NCBI GenBank assembly: GCA_964016885.1
Contig: OZ024740.1
Span: forward strand, 39,308,001 to 39,372,000
DNA length: 64,000 nucleotides
Direction of reading: 5' to 3'
DNA from: Eledone cirrhosa
Taxonomy: Eukaryota
Position numbers and translations under genes: made by a program. The notes below the pieces were generated by a model that did not search any database, was not told the origin of the DNA, and saw nothing but the letters and a program-made list of their open reading frames with translations. Below are positions 1 through 17,050 of the stretch, one piece after another (position 1 is the stretch's first letter; each line of letters starts with the position of its first letter).

Positions 1-3000
1 AATACTACTTTTATATAGTTAAATATACTACTGTTATATAGTTACAATACTACACTATATAGTTACAATACCACTGTTATATAGTAAAAATACTACTGTT
101 ATATAGTTACAATACTACTGTTATATAGTTACAATACTACTGTTATATAGTTACAATACTACACTATATAGTTACAATACTACTGTTATATAGTTACAAT
201 ACTACTGTTATATAGATACAATACTACTGTTATATAGTTACAATACTACACTATATAGTTACGATACTGCTGTTATATAGTTACAATACTATTCTATATA
301 GTTATAATACTACTGTTATATAGATACAATACTACTGTTATATAGTTACAAAACCAGTGTTATATATAGTTACAATACTACTGTTATATAGTTACAATAC
401 TACACTATATAGTTACAATATTACTCTTATATAGTTACAATACTACTGTTATATTGTTACAATACTACTGTTATATAGTTACAATACTACTGTTATATAT
501 AGTTACAATACTACTGTTATATAGTTACAATACTACACTATATAGTTACAATATTACTCTTATATAGTTACAATACTACTGTTATATAGTTACAATACTA
601 CTGTTATATATAGTTACAATGCTACACTCTATAGTTACAATACTACTGCTATATACTTACAATACTACTGATATATAGATATAATGCTACACTATATAGT
701 TACAATACTACTGTTATATAGTTATAATACTACTGTCATATAGTTACAATACTACACTATATAGTTACATTACTACTGTTATATAGTTACAATACTACTG
801 TTATATAGTTACAATACTACACTATATAGTTACAATACTACTGTTATATAGTTACAATACTACACTATATATTTACAATACTACTCTTATATAGTTACAA
901 TACTACTGTTATATAGTTACAATACTAGACTATATAGTTACAATTCTACTGTTATATAGTTACAATACTACACTATATAGTTACAATACTACTGTTATAT
1001 AGTTACAATACTACTGTTATATAGTTACAATACTACACTATATAGTTACAATACTACTGTTATATAGTTCCAATACTACACTATATAGTTACAATGCTTC
1101 TGCTATATAGTAACAATACTACTGTTATATAGTTACAATCCTACTGTTATATAGTTACAATACTACTGTTATATAGTTACAATACTACTGTTATATAGTT
1201 ACAATACTACTGTTATATAGTTACAATACTACTGTTATATAGTTACAATACTACTGTTATATAGTTACAATACTAGACTATATAGTTACAATATTACATT
1301 ATATAGTTACGTTACTACTGTTATATAGTTACAATACTACTGTTATATAGTTACAATACTACTGTTATATAGTCACAATACTACTGTTATATAGATACAA
1401 TACTACTGTTATATAGTTACAATACTACATTATATAGTTACATTACTACTGTTATATAGTTACAATACTACTGTTATATAGTTACAATACTACTGTTATA
1501 GAGTCACAATACTACTGTTATATAGTTACAATACTACTGTTATATAGTTACAATACTACCTTATATAGTTACAATACTACTGTTATATAGTTGCAATACT
1601 ACACTATATAGTTACAATACTACTGTTATATAGTTACAATACTACCGTTATATAGTGACAATACTACTGTTATATAGTTACAATACTACACTATATAGTT
1701 ACAATACAACTGTTATATAGTTACAATACTACTGTTATATTGTTACAATACTACCGTTATATAGTTACAATACTACTGTTATATAGTTACAATACTACTG
1801 TCATATAGTTACAATACTACACTATATAGTTACAATACTACACTATATAGTTACAATACTACTGTTATATAGTTACAATACTACTGTTATATAGTTACAA
1901 TACTACTGTTATATAGTTACGATACTACACTATATAGTTACAATACTACTGTTATATAGTTACAATACTACTGTTATATAGTTACAATACTACTGTTGTA
2001 TAGTTACAATACTACTGTTATATATAGTTACAATACTACTGTTATATAGTTACAATACTAATGTTATATAGTTACTATACTACTGTTATATTGTTACAAT
2101 ACTACTGTTATATAGTTACAATACTATTGTTATATAGTTACATTACTACACTATATAGTTACAATACTACTGTTATATAGTTACAATACTACACTATATA
2201 GTTACAATACTAATGTTAGATAGTTACAATACTACTGTTATATAGTTACAATACTACACTATATAGTTACAATACTACATTATATAGTTACAATACTACA
2301 CTATATAGTTACAATACTACTGTTATATAGTTACAATACTACTGTTATATAGTTACAATACTACTGTTATATAGTTACAATACTACAGTTATATAGTTAC
2401 AATACAACACTATATAGCTACAATATTACTATTATATAGTTACGATACTACTGTTATATAGTTGCAATACTACTGTTATATAGTTACAATACTACACTAT
2501 ATAGTTACAATACTACTGTTATATAGTTACAATACTACACTATATAGTTACAATACTACTGTTTTATAGTTACAATACTACACTATATAGTTACAATAGT
2601 ACTGTTATATAGTTACAATACTACTGTTATATAGTTACAATACTACACTATATAGTTACAATACTACTGATATATAGTTACAATACTACTGTTATATAGT
2701 TACAATACTACCCTTATATAGTTACAATTCTACTGTTATATAGTTACAATACTACTGTTATATATAGTTACAATACAACTGTTATATATAGTTACAATAC
2801 TACTGTTATATAGTTACAATATTACAGTTATATAGTTACAATACTACTGTTATATAGTTACAATACTACTGTTATATAGTTACAATACTACTGTCATATA
2901 GTTACGATACTACTGTTATATAGTTACAATACTGCTGTTATATAGTTACGATACTAATGTTATATAGTTACAATACTACACTATATAGTTACAATACTAC

Positions 3001-6000
3001 TGTTATATATAGTTACAATACTACTGTTATATAGTTACAATACTACACTATATAGTTACAATACTACTGTTATATAGTTACAATACTACTGTTATATAGT
3101 TACAATAGTAGAGTTATATAGTTACAATACCCACTGTTATATAGTTACAATACTACTGTTATATAGTTACAATACTACACTATATAGTTACAATACTACT
3201 GTTATATAGTTACCATACTACTGTTGTATAGTTACGATACTACACTATATAATTACAATACTACTGTTATATAGTTACAATGCTACTGTTATATAGTTAC
3301 AATGCTACACTATATAGTTACAATACTACTGTTATATAGTTACAATACTACTGTTATATAGTTACAATACTACTGTTATATAGTTACAATACTACACTAT
3401 ATAGTTACAATACTACTGTTATATAGTTACAATACTACACTATATAGTTACAATACTACAGCTATATACTTACGATACTACTGTTATATAGTTACAATAC
3501 TACACTATATAGTTACAATACTACTGTTATATAGTTACAATACTACTGTTATATAGTTACAATACTACTGTTATATAGTTACAATACTACTGTTATATAT
3601 AGTTACAATACTACTGTTATATAGTTACAATCCAACACTATATAGCTACAATACTACTATTATATAGTTTCAATACTACTGTTATATAGTTGCAATACTA
3701 CTGTTATATAGTTACAATACTACACTATATAGTTACAATACTACTGTTATATTGTTACAATACTACTGTTATATAGTTACAATACTACACTATATAGTTA
3801 CAATACTACTTTATATAGTTGCAATACTACTCTTATATAGTTACGATACTATACTATATAGTTACAATACTACAGTTATATAGTTACAATACTACACTAT
3901 ATAGTTATAATACCATTGTTAAATAGCTACAATACTACTGTTATATAGTTACAATACTACTTTTATATAGTGAAATATACTACTGTTATATAGTTACAAT
4001 ACTACACTATATAGTTACATTACTACTGTTATATAGTTACAATACTACTGTTATATTATTACAATACTACACTATATAGTTACAATACTACTGTTATATA
4101 GTTACAATACTACTTTTATATAGTTAAATATACTACTGTTATATAGTTACAATACTACACTATATAGTTACAATACTACTGTTATATAGTTACAATACTA
4201 CTGTTATATAGTTACAATACTACTTTTATATAGTTAAATATACTACTGTTATATAGTTACAATACTACACTATATAGTTACAATACCACTGTTATATAGT
4301 AAAAATACTACTGTTATATAGTTACAATACTACTGTTATATAGTTACAATACTACTGTTATATAGTTACAATACTACACTATATAGTTACAATACTACTG
4401 TTATATAGTTACAATACTACTGTTATATAGATACAATACTACTGTTATATAGTTACAATACTACACTATATAGTTACGATACTGCTGTTATATAGTTACA
4501 ATACTATTCTATATAGTTATAATACTACTGTTATATAGATACAATACTACTGTTATATAGTTACAAAACCAGTGTTATATATAGTTACAATACTACTGTT
4601 ATATAGTTACAATACTACACTATATAGTTACAATATTACTCTTATATAGTTACAATACTACTGTTATATTGTTACAATACTACTGTTATATAGTTACAAT
4701 ACTACTGTTATATATAGTTACAATACTACTGTTATATAGTTACAATACTACACTATATAGTTACAATATTACTCTTATATAGTTACAATACTACTGTTAT
4801 ATAGTTACAATACTACTGTTATATATAGTTACAATGCTACACTCTATAGTTACAATACTACTGCTATATACTTACAATACTACTGATATATAGATATAAT
4901 GCTACACTATATAGTTACAATACTACTGTTATATAGTTATAATACTACTGTCATATAGTTACAATACTACACTATATAGTTACATTACTACTGTTATATA
5001 GTTACAATACTACTGTTATATAGTTACAATACTACACTATATAGTTACAATACTACTGTTATATAGTTACAATACTACACTATATATTTACAATACTACT
5101 CTTATATAGTTACAATACTACTGTTATATAGTTACAATACTAGACTATATAGTTACAATTCTACTGTTATATAGTTACAATACTACACTATATAGTTACA
5201 ATACTACTGTTATATAGTTACAATACTACTGTTATATAGTTACAATACTACACTATATAGTTACAATACTACTGTTATATAGTTACAATACTACACTATA
5301 TAGTAACAATACTACTGTTATATAGTTACAATCCTACTGTTATATAGTTACAATACTACTGTTATATAGTTACAATACTACTGTTATATAGTTACAATAC
5401 TACTGTTATATAGTTACAATACTACTGTTATATAGTTACAATACTACTGTTATATAGTTACAATACTAGACTATATAGTTACAATATTACATTATATAGT
5501 TACGTTACTACTGTTATATAGTTACAATACTACTGTTATATAGTTACAATACTACTGTTATATAGTCACAATACTACTGTTATATAGATACAATACTACT
5601 GTTATATAGTTACAATACTACATTATATAGTTACATTACTACTGTTATATAGTTACAATACTACTGTTATATAGTTACAATACTACTGTTATAGAGTCAC
5701 AATACTACTGTTATATAGTTACAATACTACTGTTATATAGTTACAATACTACCATTATATAGTTACAATACTACTGTTATATAGTTGCAATACTACACTA
5801 TATAGTTACAATACTACTGTTATATAGTTACAATACTACCGTTATATAGTGACAATACTACTGTTATATAGTTACAATACTACACTATATAGTTACAATA
5901 CAACTGTTATATAGTTACAATACTACTGTTATATTGTTACAATACTACCGTTATATAGTTACAATACTACTGTTATATAGTTACAATACTACTGTCATAT

Positions 6001-6069
6001 AGTTACAATACTACACTATATAGTTACAATACTACACTATATAGTTACAATACTACTGTTATATAGTTA
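1..6069 (+). repeat. Higher-order duplication: 1-~1875 recurs at 4216-~6069
   Basis: Markers GTAAAAATAC (84/4299) and CCAGTG (354/4569) share offset 4215. GAGTCAC (1501/5694) has offset 4193 after loss of one 22-mer (the AATGCTTCTGCT monomer near 1093). Confidence 0.9.
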
Positions 6070-9000
6070 TAATACTACTGTTATATATAGTTACAATACT
6101 ACACTATATAGTTGCAATACTACTGCTATATAGTTACAATACTACTGTTATATAGTTACAATACTACTGTTATATAGTTACAATACTACTGTTATATAGT
6201 TACAATACTACTGTTATATAGTTACAATACTACACTATATAGTTACAATACTACTGTTATATATAGTTACAATACTACTATATAGTTAAAATACTACTGC
6301 TATATAGTTGCAATACTACTGCTATATAGTTACAATACTACTGTTATATAGTTACAATACTACTGTTATATAGTTACAATACTACTGTTATATAGTTACA
6401 ATACTACTGTTATATAGTTACAATACTACTGTTATATATAGTTACAATACTACTATATAGTTAAAATACTACTGCTATATAGTTGCAATACTACTTTATA
6501 TATAGTTACAATACTACACTATATAGTTACAATACTACTGTTATATAGTTACAATACTACTGTTATATAGTTACAATACAACTGTTATATATAGTTACAA
6601 TACTACTGATATATAGTTACAATACTACTGTTATATAGTTACAATACTACTGTTATATATAGTTACAATACTACTGTTATATAGTTACAATACTACTGTT
6701 ATATAGTTACAATACTACTGTCATATAGTTACAATACTACAGTTATATAGTTACAATACTACTGTTATATAGTTACAATACTACTGTTATATATAGTTAC
6801 AATACTTCTGTTATATAGTTACAATACTACTGTTATATATAGTTACAATACTACTGTTATATATTTACAATACTACTGTTATATATAGTTACAATACTAC
6901 TGTTATATAGTTACAATACTACTGTTATATAGTTACAATGCTACTGTTATATAGTTACAATACTACCCTTATATAGTTACAATACTACTGTTATATAGTT
7001 ACAATACTACTGTTATATATAGTTACAATACTACTGTTATATAGTTACAATATTACTGTTATATAGTTACAATACTACTGTTATATAGTTACAATACTAC
7101 TGTTATATATAGTTACAATACTACTGTTATATAGTTACAATACTACTGTTATATAGTTACAATACTACTGTAATATAGTTACAATACTACTGTTATATAC
7201 TTACAATACTACTGTTATATAGTTACAATACTACTGTTATATAGTTACAATACTACTGTTATATAGTTACAATACTACTGTTATATTGTTACAATACTAC
7301 TGTTATATAGTTACAATACTACTGTTATATAGTTACAATACTACTGTTATATAGTTACAATACTACTGTTATATAGTTACAATACTACACTATATAGTTA
7401 CAATACTACTGTTATATAGTTACCAGACTACTGTTGTATAGTTACAATACTACACTATATAATTACAATACTACTGTTATATAGTTACAATGCTACTGTT
7501 ATATAGTTACAATACTACTGTTATATAGTTACAATACTACTGTTGTATAGTTACAATGCTACACTATATAGTTACAATAATACTTTATATAGTTACAATA
7601 CTACTGTTATATAGTTACAATACTACTGTTATATAGTTACAATACTACTGTTATATATAGTTACAATACTACTGTTATATAGTTACAATACTACTGTTAT
7701 ATAGTTACAATACTACTGTTATATTGTTACAATACTACTGTTATATAGTTACAATACTATTGTTATATAGTTACAATACTACACTATATAGTTACAATAC
7801 TACTGTTATATAGTTACAATACTACACTATACAGTTACAATACTACTGTTACATAGTTACAATACTACTGTTATATAGTTACAATACTACACTATATAGT
7901 TATAATACTACTGTTATATAGTTACGATACTACACTATATAGTTACAATACTACTGTTATATAGTTACAATACTACTGTTATATAGTTACAATACTACTG
8001 TTATATAGTTACAATACTAGACTATATAGTTACAATACTACATTATATAGTTACGTTACTACTGTTATATAGTTACAATACTACTGTTATATAGTTACAA
8101 TTCTACTGTTTTATAGTCACAATACTACTGTTATATAGATACAATACTACTGTTATATAGTTACAATACTACATTATATAGTTACATTACTACTGTTATA
8201 TAGTTACAATACTACTGTTATATAGTTACAATACTACTGTTATATAGTCACAATACTACTGTTATATAGTTACAATACTACTGTTATATAGTTACAACAC
8301 TACCATTATATAGTTACAATACTACTGTTATATAGTTGCAATACTACACTATATAGTTACAATACTACTGTTATATAGTTACAATACTACCGTTATATAG
8401 TGACAATACTACTGTTATATAGTTACAATACTGCACTATATAGTTACAATACTACTGTTATATAGTTACAATACTACTGTTATATTGTTACAATACTACC
8501 GTTATATAGTTACAATACTACTGTTATATAGTTACAATACTACTGTCATATAGTTACAATACTACACTATATAGTTACAATACTACACTATATAGTTACA
8601 ATACTACTGTTATATAGTTATAATACTACTGTTATATATAGTTACAATACTACACTATATAGTTGCAATACTACTGCTATATAGTTACAATACTACTGTT
8701 ATATAGTTACAATACTACTGTTATATAGTTACAATACTACTGTTATATAGTTACAATACTACTGTTATATAGTTACAATACTACACTATATAGTTACAAT
8801 ACTACTGTTATATATAGTTACAATACTACTATATAGTTAAAATACTACTGCTATATAGTTGCAATACTACTGCTATATAGTTACAATACTACTGTTATAT
8901 AGTTACAATACTACTGTTATATAGTTATAATACTACTGTTATATAGTTACAATACTACTGTTATATAGTTACAATACTACTGTTATATATAGTTACAATA

Positions 9001-10675
9001 CTACTATATAGTTAAAATACTACTGCTATATAGTTGCAATACTACTGTTATATATAGTTACAATACTACACTATATAGTTACAATACTACTGTTATATAG
9101 TTACAATACTACACTATATAGTTACAATACTACTGTTATATATAGTTACAATAATACTATATAGTTAATGTACTACTGCTATATAGTTACAATACTACTG
9201 TTATATAGTTACAATACTACTGTTATATAGTTACAATACTACTGTTATATAGTTACAATACTACACTATATAGTTACAATACTACTGTTATATAGTTACA
9301 ATACTACTGTTATATAGTTACAATACAACTGTTATATATAGTTACAATACTACTGTTATATAGTTACAATACTACTGTTATATAGTTACAATACTACTGT
9401 TATATATAGTTACAATACTACTGTTATATAGTTACAATACTACTGTTATATAGTTACAATACTACTGTCATATAGTTACAATACTACAGTTATATAGTTA
9501 CAATACTACTGTTATATAGTTACAATACTACTGTTATATATAGTTACAATACTTCTGTTATATAGTTACAATACTACTGTTATATATAGTTACAATACTA
9601 CTGTTATATAGTTACAATACTACTGTTATATATAGTTACAATACTACTGTTATATAGTTACAATACTACTGTTATATAGTTACAATACTACTGTTATATA
9701 GTTACAATACTACCCTTATATAGTTACAATACTACTGTTATATAGTTACAATACTACTGTTATATATAGTTACAATACTACTGTTATATAGTTACAATAT
9801 TACTGTTATATAGTTACAATACTACTGTTATATAGTTACAATACTACTGTTATATAGTTACAATACTACTGTTATATAGTTACAATACTACTGTTATATA
9901 GTTACAATACTACTGTCATATAGTTACAATACTACTGTTATATACTTACAATACTACTGTTATATAGTTACAATACTACTGTTATATAGTTACAATACTA
10001 CTGTTATATAGTTACAATACTACTGTTATATTGTTACAATACTACTGTTATATAGTTACAATACTACTGTTATATAGTTACAATACTACACTATATAGTT
10101 ACAATACTACTGTTATATAGTTACCAGACTACTGTTGTATAGTTACAATACTACACTATATAATTACAATACTACTGTTATATAGTTACAATGCTACTGT
10201 TATATAGTTACAATACTACTGTTATATAGTTACAATACTACTGTTGTATAGTTACAATGCTACACTATATAGTTACAATAATACTTTATATAGTTACAAT
10301 ACTACTGTTATATAGTTACAATACTACTGTTATATAGTTACAATACTACTGTTATATATAGTTACAATACTACTGTTATATAGTTACAATACTACTGTTA
10401 TATAGTTACAATACTACTGTTATATTGTTACAATACTACTGTTATATAGTTACAATACTATTGTTATATAGTTACATTACTACACTATATAGTTACAATA
10501 CTACTGTTATATAGTTACAATACTACACTATACAGTTACAATACTACTGTTACATAGTTACAATACTACTGTTATATAGTTACAATACTACACTATATAG
10601 TTATAATACTACTGTTATATAGTTACGATACTACACTATATAGTTACAATACTACTGTTATATAGTTACAATACT
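5400..10675 (+). repeat. Tandem duplication of about 2.55-2.7 kb (~5400-7975 and ~7950-10675)
   Basis: The G of TAGACTA is at 5469/8020 (offset 2551) and CCAGAC is at 7423/10124 (offset 2701). Intervening variants are in the same order, and the second copy has extra monomers near 9100-9250. Confidence 0.85.
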
Positions 10676-13600
10676 ACACTATATAGTTACAATATTACTG
10701 TTATATAGTTACAATACTACTGTTATATAGTTACAATACTACTGTTATATAGTTACAATACTACTGTTATATAGTTACAATACTACACTATATAGTTACA
10801 ATACTACTGCTATATAGTTACAATACTACTGTTATATAGTTACAAAACTACTGTTATATAGTTACAATACTACTGTTATATATAGTTACAATACTACTGC
10901 TATATAGTTACAATACAACACCATATAGCTACAATACTACTATTATATAGTTACAATACTACTGTTATATAGTTACAATACTACTGTTATATAGTTACAA
11001 TACTACACTATATAGTTACAATACTACTGTTATATAGTTACGATACTACACTATATAGTTACAATACTACTGTTATATATTTACAATACTACTGTTATAT
11101 AGTTACAATACTATACTATATAGTTACAATACTACCGTTATATAGTTACAATACTACACTATATAGTTATAATACCTTTGTTAAATAGCTACAATACTAC
11201 TGTTATATAGTTACAATACTACTGTTATATAGTTACAATACTACTGTTATATACTTACAATACTACTGTTATATAGTTACAATACTACACTATATAGTTA
11301 CAATACTACTGTTATATAGTTACAATACTACTGTTATATAGTTACAATACTACTGTCATATAGTTACAATACTACTGTTATATACTTACAATACTACTGT
11401 TATATAGTTACAATACTACTGTTATATAGTTACAATACTACTTTTATATAGTTACAATACTACTGTTATATTGTTACAATACTACTGTTATATAGTTACA
11501 ATACTACTGTTATATAGTTACAATACTACTGTTATATAGTTACAATACTACTGTTATATAGTTACAATACTACACTATATAGTTACAATACTACTGTTAT
11601 ATAGTTACAATACTACACTATATAGTTACGATGCTTCTGTTATATAGTTACAATACTACTGTTATATAGTTACAATCCTACTGTTATATAGTTACAATAA
11701 TACTGTTAAATATTGTTACAATACTACTGTTATATAGTTACAATACTACTGTTATATAGTTACAATACTACTGTCATATAGTTACAATACTACTGTTATA
11801 TAGTTACAATACTACACTATATAGTTACAATACTACATTATATAGTTATATTACTACTGTTATATAGTTACAATACTACTGTTATATAGTTACAATACTA
11901 CTGTTATATAGTCACAATACTACTGTTATATAGTTACAATACTACTGTTATATAGTTACAATACTACCATTATATAGTTACAATACTACTGTTATATAGT
12001 TGCAATACTACACTATATAGTTACAATACTACTGTTATATAGTTACAATACTACTGTTATATAGTTACAATACTACTGTTATATAGTTACAATACTACAC
12101 TATATAGTTACAATACTACTGTTATATAGTTGCAATACTACACTATATAGTTACAATACTACTGTTATATAGTTACAATACTACTGTTATATAGTCACAT
12201 TACTACTGTTATATAGTTACAAAACTAATGTTATATAGTTACAATACTACCGTTATATAGTGACAATACTACTGTTATATAGTTACAATACTACACTATA
12301 TAGTTACAATACTACAGTTATATAGTTACAATACTACTGTTATATAGTTACAATACTACCGTTATATAGGTACAATACTACTGTTATATAGTTACAATAC
12401 TACAGTATATAGTTACAATACTACTGTTATATAGTTACAATACTACTGTTATATAGTTACAATACTACTGTCATATAGTTACAATACTACTGTTATATAG
12501 TTACAATACTACTGTTATATAGTTACAATACTACTGTTATATATAGTTACAATACTTCTGTTATATAGTTACAATACTACTGTTAATATATAGTTACAAT
12601 ACTACTGTTATATAGTTACAATACTACTGTTATATATAGTTACAATACTACTGTTATATAGTTACAATACTACTGTTATATAGTTACAATACTACTGTTA
12701 TATAGTTACAATACTACCCTTTTATAGTTACAATACTACTGTTATATAGTTACAATACTACTGTTATATATAGTTACAATACTACTGTTATATATAGTTA
12801 CAATACTACTGTTATATAGTTACAATATTACTGTTATATAGTTACAATACTACACTATATAGTTATAATACCTTTGTTAAATAGCTACAATACTACTGTT
12901 ATATAGTTACAATACTACTGTTATATTGTTACAATACTACTGTTATATAGTTACAATACTACTGTTATATAGTTACAATACTACTGTTATATAGTTACAA
13001 TACTACTGTTATATAGTTACAATACTACACTATATAGTTACAATACTACTGTTATATAGTTACCAGACTACTGTTGTATAGTTACAATACTACACTATAT
13101 AATTACAATACTACTGTTATATAGTTACAATACTTCTGTTATATAGTTACAATACTACTGTTAATATATAGTTACAATACTACTGTTATATAGTTACAAT
13201 ACTACTGTTATATAGTTACAATACTACTGTTATATAGTTACAATACTACTGTTATATAGTTACAATACTACTGTTATATTGTTACAATACTACTGTTATA
13301 TAGTTACAATACTACTGTTATATAGTTACAATACTACTGTTATATAGTTACAATACTACTGTCATATAGTTACAATACTACTGTTATATACTTACAATAC
13401 TACTGTTATATAGTTACAATACTACTGTTATATAGTTACAATACTACTGTTATATAGTTACAATACTACTGTTATATTGTTACAATACTACTGTTATATA
13501 GTTACAATACTACTGTTATATAGTTACAATACTACTGTTATATAGTTACAATACTACTGTTATATAGTTACAATACTACACTATATAGTTACAATACTAC

Positions 13601-14399
13601 TGTTATATAGTTACCAGACTACTGTTGTATAGTTACAATACTACACTATATAATTACAATACTACTGTTATATAGTTACAATGCTACTGTTATATAGTTA
13701 CAATACTACACTATATAGTTACAATACTACTGTTATATAGTTACAATACTACTGTTGTATAGTTACAATGCTACACTATATAGTTACAATACTACTTTAT
13801 ATAGTTACAATACTACTGTTATATAGTTACAATACTACTGTTATATAGTTACAATACTACTGTTATATATAGTTACAATACTACTGTTATATATAGTTAC
13901 AATACTACTGTTATATAGTTACAATACTACTGTTATATAGTTACAATACTACTGTTATATAGTTACAATACTACTGTTATATAGTTACAATACTACACTA
14001 TATAGTTACAATACTACTGCTATATAGTTACAATACTACTGTTATATAGTTACAATACTACACTTTATAGTTACAATACTAGTGTTATATAGTTACAATA
14101 CTACTGTTATATAGTTACAATACTACTGTTATATAGTTACAATACTGCTGTTATATATAGTTACAATACTACTGTTATATAGTTACAATACAACACCATA
14201 TAGCTACAATACTACTATTATATAGTTACAATACTACTGTTATATAGTTACAATACTACTGTTATATAGTTACAATACTACACTATATAGTTACAATACT
14301 ACTGTTATATAGTTACAATACTACAGTATATAGTTACAATACTACCGTTATATAGTTACAATACTACAATTATATAGTTACAATACTACTGTCATATAG

Positions 14400-17050
14400 T
14401 TACAATACTACACTATATCGTTACAATACTACACTATATAGTTACAATACTACTGTTATATAGTTAGAATACTACTGTTATATATAGTTACGATACTACA
14501 CTATATAGTTACAATACTACTGTTATATAGTTACAATTCTACTGTTATATATAGTTAGAATACTACAATATAGTTAAAATACTACTGCTATATAGTTGCA
14601 ATACTACTGCTATATAGTTACAATACTACTGTTATATAGTTACAATACTACTGTTATATAGTTACAATACTACTGTTATATAGTTACAATACTACTGTTA
14701 TATAGTTACAATACTACTGTTGTATAGTTACAATACTACTGTCATATAGTTAGAATACTACTGTTATATAGTTACAATACTACTGTTATATAGTTACAAT
14801 ACTACTGTTATATAGTTACAATACTACTGTTATATAGTTACAATACTACACTATATAGTTACAATACTACTGTTATATATAGTTACAATACTACTATATA
14901 CTAAAATACTACTGCTATATAGTTACAATACTATTGCTATATAGTTAAAATACTACTGTTATATAGTTACAATACTACACTATATAGTTACAATACTACT
15001 GTTATATAGTTACAATACTACTGTTATATATAGTTACAATAATATTGTCATATAGTTACAATACTACTGTTATATAGTTACAATACTACTGTTATATAGT
15101 TACAATACTACTGTTATATAGTTAGAATACTAATGTTATATAGTTATAATACTACACTATATATTTACAATACTACTGTTATATATAGTTACAATACTAC
15201 TGTTATATAGTTACAATACTACACTATATAGTTACAATACTACTGTTATATAGTTACAATACTACACTATATAGTTACAATACTACTGTTATATAGTCAC
15301 AATACTACTGTTATATAGTTACAATACTACTGTTATATAGTTACAATACTACTGTTATATAGTTACAATACTACTGTTATATAGTTACAATACTACTGTT
15401 ATATAGTTACAATACTACACTATATAGTTACAATACTACTGTTATATAGTTACCAGACTACTGTTGTATAGTTACAATACTACACTGTATAATTACAATA
15501 CTACTGTTATATAGTTACAATGCTACTGTTATATAGTTACAATACTACACTATATAGTTACAATACTACTGTTATATAGTTACAATACTACTGTTGTATA
15601 GTTACAATGCTACACTATATAGTTACAATACTACTTTATATAGTTACAATACTACTGTTATATAGTTACAATACTACTGTTATATAGTTACAATACTACT
15701 GTTATATATAGTTACAATACTACTGTTATATATAGTTACAATACTACTGTTATATAGTTACAATACTACTGTTATATAGTTACAATACTACTGTTATATT
15801 GTTACAATACTACACTATATCGTTACAATACTACACTATATAGTTACAATACTACTGTTATATAGTTAGAATACTACTGTTATATATAGTTACGATACTA
15901 CACTATATAGTTACAATACTACTGTTATATAGTTACAATTCTACTGTTATATATAGTTAGAATACTACAATATAGTTAAAATACTACTGCTATATAGTTG
16001 CAATACTACTGCTATATAGTTACAATACTACTGTTATATAGTTACAATACTACTGTTATATAGTTACAATACTACTGTTATATAGTTACAATACTACTGT
16101 TATATAGTTACAATACTACTCTTGTATAGTTACAATACTACTGTCATATAGTTAGAATACTACTGTTATATAGTTACAATACTACTGTTATATAGTTACA
16201 ATACTACTGTTATATAGTTACAATACTACTGTTATATAGTTACAATACTACACTATATAGTTACAATACTACTGTTATATATCGTTACAATACTACTATA
16301 TACTAAAATACTACTGCTATATAGTTACAATACTATTGCTATATAGTTAAAATACTACTGTTATATAGTTACAATACTACACTATATAGTTACAATACTA
16401 CTGTTATATAGTTACAATACTACTGTTATATATAGTTACAATAATATTGTCATATAGTTACAATACTACTGTTATATAGTTACAATACTACTGTTATATA
16501 GTTACAATACTACTGTTATATAGTTAGAATACTAATGTTATATAGTTATAATACTACACTATATATTTACAATACTACTGTTATATATAGTTACAATACT
16601 ACTGTTATATAGTTACAATACTACACTATATAGTTACAATACTACTGTTATATAGTTACAATACTACACTATATAGTTACAATACTACTGTTATATAGTT
16701 ACAATACTACTGTTATATAGTTACAATACTACTGTTATATAGTTACAATACTACTGTTATATAGTTACAATACTACTGTTATATAGTTACAATACTACAC
16801 TATATAGTTACAATACTACTGTTATATAGTTACCAGACTACTGTTGTATAGTTACAATACTACACTGTATAATTACAATACTACTTTATATAGTTACAAT
16901 ACTACTGTTATATAGTTACAATACTACTGTTATATAGTTACAATACTACTGTTATATATAGTTACAATACTACTGTTATATATAGTTACAATACTACTGT
17001 TATATAGTTACAATACTACTGTTATATAGTTACAATACTACTGTTATATT
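14400..17050 (+). repeat. Tandem duplication with period about 1.4 kb
   Basis: The C of TATCG at 14419/15821 and CTAAAATAC at 14901/16303 both give offset 1402. CCAGAC at 15453/16833 gives offset 1380. A third related copy lies near 17834. Confidence 0.85.
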
